From Macrostomum lignano (Eukaryota), in NCBI GenBank assembly GCA_002269645.1, contig NIVC01000384.1:1-64000 (forward strand): a stretch of DNA of 64,000 bases, given 5' to 3'. Each line of letters opens with the position of its first letter. The stretch's first letter is position 1. Of this stretch, positions 59,885 to 64,000 are shown one piece after another. A program made the position numbers and the translations under genes. The notes under the pieces are model-generated. The model made no database searches. It was not told the DNA's origin and saw nothing but the letters and a program-made list of their open reading frames with translations.

Positions 59885-60330
59885 GTTGCTTGCTTCAGTT
59901 GCTGGGCAGCCTCCCAGATCCTCAGTTGCTGGGCCAGCCACCCAGATCCTCAGTTACTAAGGCCAAGTCTCCCAGATCCTCGGTTGCTAAGGCCAAGCCT
60001 CCGGCTCCCAGATCCTCGGTTGCTAAGGCCAAGCCTCCGGCTCCCAGATCCTCGGTTGCTAAGGCCAAGCCTCACAGATCCTCGGTTGCTAAGGCCAAGC
60101 CTCCCAGATCCTCAGTTGCTAAGGCCAAGTCTCCAGATCCTCAGTTGCTAAGGCCAAGCCTCCCAGATCCTCAGTTGCTAAGGCCAAGTCTCCCAGATCC
60201 TCAGTTGCTAAGGCCAAGTCTCCCAGATCCTCGGTTGCTAAGGCCAAGTCTCCCAGATCCTCAGTTGCTAAGGCCAAGTCTCCCAGATCCTCAGTTGCTA
60301 AGGCCAAGTCTCCCAGATCATCAGTTGCTG
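59885..60330. repeat. Same 30-bp minisatellite, block 2
   Basis: Same unit, including the 29-bp variant and 36-bp variants. Confidence 0.95.
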
Positions 60331-61069
60331 CTTGACATCTGCCGTGTTTGAACTACAAGTATTTTTCTCTAATTATCGTTAAACCTGGTTAGCAGGAATG
60401 ATCTAGATCAGAAAGAAACTGAATAAATTTTAGTCTCGTAGAAGTTTCCTTGCATTTTTCTTTTACTGTAATGCCCGCTTCTGGTGATGGAACCCACCCG
60501 TTCATGTTTAATTTCGTTGATAAATTTATTTCGGTTTTAAAATGACAATAATTTTGATGGAGTTGGCGCATTCAGCTAATAGTATTTATGGCTGCCATCC
60601 TGCTTACCGTTCTCATTTTGTTTATTATAATCTATACTAATATCTACCGGTATATATGCATGTATGCATTCATATTTGCTTGCGCTCATTGTTTTAAAAA
60701 CAATTTGGTCAATCGGTAATTTAAATTTTCTTTCGTATCTATCGCTCTCTGTTTTTGGACTTTGGTTGGGATATTTACACATTATATCTATTCAGTTCGT
60801 ATTGTACTACCGTCAAAGAAATCTTTTGTTTAAATTCAAGTCAATTTTATGCTAAATAGTCGTAATATACATGATACGAATTTCATGCTGTTTATTGCAC
60901 TAGCTGATGGTTGTATGGATTGCGTTAACACTAAACTTTTAATATGTGGTACTTACATGTACCTATATTTGTCTTTTCAATTTGAGCTCAGTAGTATTAG
61001 TTCACAAGCCGTGAGAGTCAGTACATTGATGGAAAGCAAATAAGCTTTAACCCGGGGTAGACTGGTTGG

Positions 61070-61096
61070 TAGGTAGATATATAGATAGATAGATGC

Positions 61097-61149
<53 letters not shown>

Positions 61150-61230
61150 CAGATAGATAAATAGATAGATAGATGGATAGATAGATAGATAGACAGATAG
61201 ATAAATAGATAGATAGATAGATAGATAGAT

Positions 61231-61305
<75 letters not shown>
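61070..61305. repeat. (GATA)n microsatellite
   Basis: Read directly. Confidence 0.97.
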
Positions 61306-61306
<1 letters not shown>

Positions 61307-62739
61307 CCGTGACCAGAATCGCTAAAAAAAGCCGTTGCAAACAAGTCTCAAGTGACTAGCGACTCTTGTGTGACTTTTAACGACTCCAATGAGGCAGATT
61401 CGACTGTGGAGTCATCAACACGTACGCTGATCAAGAGTCGTGTTAAAACTCTTGATTATACTAACTCAAGTAGGCTAATAAGATTGTAGTAGGCCGCTCT
61501 GACTATTTATGCGGCTAATTGATATAGCGACGCCAATGTGCTTCAGACGCAATTCAGCGATACTAACACGCCTCAGCTACTATCAGACGCCACCAAAATC
61601 TTGTACATGCGACTTGTGCATGTACCGTGACATCTCATCGTTTTACGGTTCCGTAGAGTCGTCCAAGAATCATTGGCTTTTTTCCTATGTTGCCTGAAAC
61701 AAACTCTTGACGTAGATTTCCTCGGGATTAACGGATTTGTGAAGGTGCTTCCGCTTTATTATGTATGCCGGGTCTGGCTTCCAGTCCATTGCTACTAATT
61801 CTAGTCTAGAAGTCCCTGGAATTGGCGTGTTGTCGCCCCAGGACTTGCAGCTGTTTTCCAACTCTGTGTGTGGGCGACAGATTTTTGTTAACTTACTTTT
61901 TCTCGGATCGCCCAGCATCGCGCGATTGCATAGCATACAGACCCGCAGTCTCTAATGCAAGACGCTTGTCGCTAAAGAATTGTAAAGCTTCTACCGGGAT
62001 CTGATTTACCTGAAAGGACTGTTGCAGGCATTTCTGAGGCCTCGCCTGCGCCTGTGTCCGCCTCGCACTTCGCGGCGGCTGTTGGCAAAGCTGAATTGTC
62101 CGTATCTTGTTGAAGCCACAAGTCCCGGTTGCAGCTACAGACTGCACACACTGGCAGTTCATCTTACGCGAAAGGGATCATTCCTTTGCGGTGCTAGCTT
62201 CCCGAAGACTGGGTAACACGAAGAATTCCAAGCAGAGAAATCTATGCGTCCCTTGTGTGACGCAGACTTTGCCAACTGCCGTCTGGAAGTTGTTAGCTTG
62301 GCAGTTCATTTTGTTGCGAAACTATCAAAAGTAGCTACAGGAAATACAGGAATTATCAGGCGAACGGCCGGGTCCCAGAGGGAGAGCCTGCACGTATTGT
62401 TTTCAAGTCTCGTGTGTCCGCGCGTAAAAGAAAATTTATGGCGAACAATGACGCCTTCGCGCGGGTCTAAACAGCAACAAAAAAGCAAACTTCGCGTTGC
62501 GGATTGGAATCGATGCTGACTTGCGTCAAATGCGGTTGGTGACTTGAAAATAAGCTATTAAAACTTCACAGCAACTGTACCTCGTATTTTTAAACCATTT
62601 TAAAGATTTTTATTCCTTGATTGATAAACGAATTGATATAAAAATGGCCTGCTGACGATAAACAAAAACTGGCTTTGGGACATCCGTGTTTAACAGGTCG
62701 GTCGGAAATCGGTATTTAGCGGGTGGGAAATCTTCTGTG

Positions 62740-63005
62740 TCTAACAGGGGATCCGTATCTAACAGGTAGGACATCCGTGTCTAACAGTAGGTAGGACATC
62801 CGTGTCTAACAGGTACACATGTAGGACATCAGTGTGGAACAGGTAGGACATCCGTATCTAACAGGTAGAACATCCGTGTCTAACAGGTAGAACATCCGTG
62901 TCTAACAGGTAGGACATCCGTATCTAACAGGTAGAACATCCGTGTCTAACAGGTAGGACATCAGTGTCTAACAGGTAGGACATCCGTGTCTAACAGGTAG
63001 GACGT
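62740..63005. repeat. 22-bp minisatellite (CTAACAGGTAGGACATCCGTGT)
   Basis: Period 22. Confidence 0.92.
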
Positions 63006-63855
63006 ACGTGTCATGAAAGTTAATAAATTTCGATAACGATGCAGTCCTTTTATTCGAAGATGAAATGTACAGAAACGAAATAAGTATAATTATATTCGCT
63101 AATAAAATTGCAGATGTTAAAAAACAGTTTTTCAAGCAAAGCTGGTTTGCACAATACTTAGAAGCGAAACTATAATTTTCCAAATTCTGCATGTGACAGT
63201 TTTTGTGAATTATTGATATTTTTGGTTGAGAAAATATCTGTGTTGAAAGCAGTCGACAGAGGTTTTATGAGGAAAGCTGGCTAAATAAAAACAAAAATGA
63301 CTCTAACAACGAAATTGCCTAAAGATCGGGTAAATGAAAAAATACATTAAAATCTGAGAAAAAAATACTGATTGAAATATTTTGTAGAGGATATTTTACC
63401 AAGCTAGTGAGTTAATGGCCACTAAAGTGGAAGCATGTGGGGTTCATGTCTGGTGTTTTGTGCCAGATTGCTTCACAGGTTGAATACATTCAATAACAGA
63501 CATTCGGACGAGGGGCAACGCCTTCAGCGACCTTGACCCGCAACCATGCAGCGCTGAGGCAATTCTGTCCATTCCGCTGACTCTAGACACCCTAGCGACT
63601 TTCTAATCGTTGCTCGAGAGTTGTACAAGTAAACCAATTATAGCTTTTTCCAGCCCATAGGGCTTACGCGCATATAGTTTAATCCAAAATATATAGGTTT
63701 GCCAATGCAACGGAGCTCCTGTCTATGGCAGCAAGGCTGGCACAGCGGCATTTAATTTGGTCCAACAAGCATCAATTTGGTCCATAGCTTCATTTGCAAC
63801 TGCTGTGGTGGAGCGAGATCAGCCCCACTGTTGTGGACCATATGCTAGACTGTCA

Positions 63856-64000
63856 ATGTCAAACTCGAATGAATGCCATCGACTTGCGATCGAAGCACTT
63901 GACAGAGGTGAACACCTAAAGGACATTGCTAGGTTGCTGAATGTAAAAGGAAAGAAGGTTTACAGCATCCATCAGCGCGTTGAAACCACTGGCAGCAGTG
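63856..64000 (+). mobile_element. N-terminal HTH of a probable Tc1/IS630-like transposase, running off the window
   Basis: MSNSNECHRLAIEALDRGEHLKDIARLLNVKGKKVYSIHQRVETTGSS fits the paired-like HTH pattern ending in R...ETGS. Confidence 0.65.

Noticed and set aside
57938-60351. LRPSLPDPQL and LALATEDLGD repeat proteins (pentapeptide- or LRR-like)
   Set aside because: 30-bp satellite open on both strands, with no codon-position bias in its variants.
61018-61344. YLSI repeat ORFs
   Set aside because: (GATA)n microsatellite.
61400-62560. Cluster of short ORFs in a GC-richer island
   Set aside because: No consistent frame or motif found; possibly a decayed element. A frameshift-aware protein search is needed before any call.

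Overview
Eukaryotic (invertebrate animal) genomic DNA, not prokaryotic. GC-rich exons sit among AT-rich introns and spacers filled with unrelated minisatellites and transposon relics. The style resembles a Macrostomum-type flatworm, but that is inference only. Genes reconstructed by hand: a probable terminal exon at 517-575 (+); a 2-exon PLAC8/cornifelin-family gene (-) with a GC-AG intron; a complete 4-exon PPEF/rdgC phosphatase (+, 715 aa); two single-exon orphan helical proteins (-, 196 aa and 97 aa); a 3-exon death-associated protein 1 gene (+, 114 aa) with a 13.4 kb first intron; and a 2-exon 129 aa Gly/Ala/Ser-rich gene weakly resembling TMEM263 (+). Mobile DNA: one intact irritans-type mariner; a deletion-riddled tyrosine-recombinase (DIRS/Ngaro-type) retrotransposon; a Gypsy RT relic; a PHD-FLYWCH-MULE relic split by a hAT-type MITE; Tc1 derivatives; hAT-type MITEs; and three tRNA-derived SINE types. 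The most unusual observations are three dispersed copies of the 28S rRNA R2-target region that all diverge at the cleavage core, a hairpin repeat-spacer array just downstream of the first exon, nested elements in DAP intron 1, and a DAP intron 2 made almost entirely of an open-frame minisatellite. No CRISPR array, real rRNA gene or convincing tRNA gene was found.
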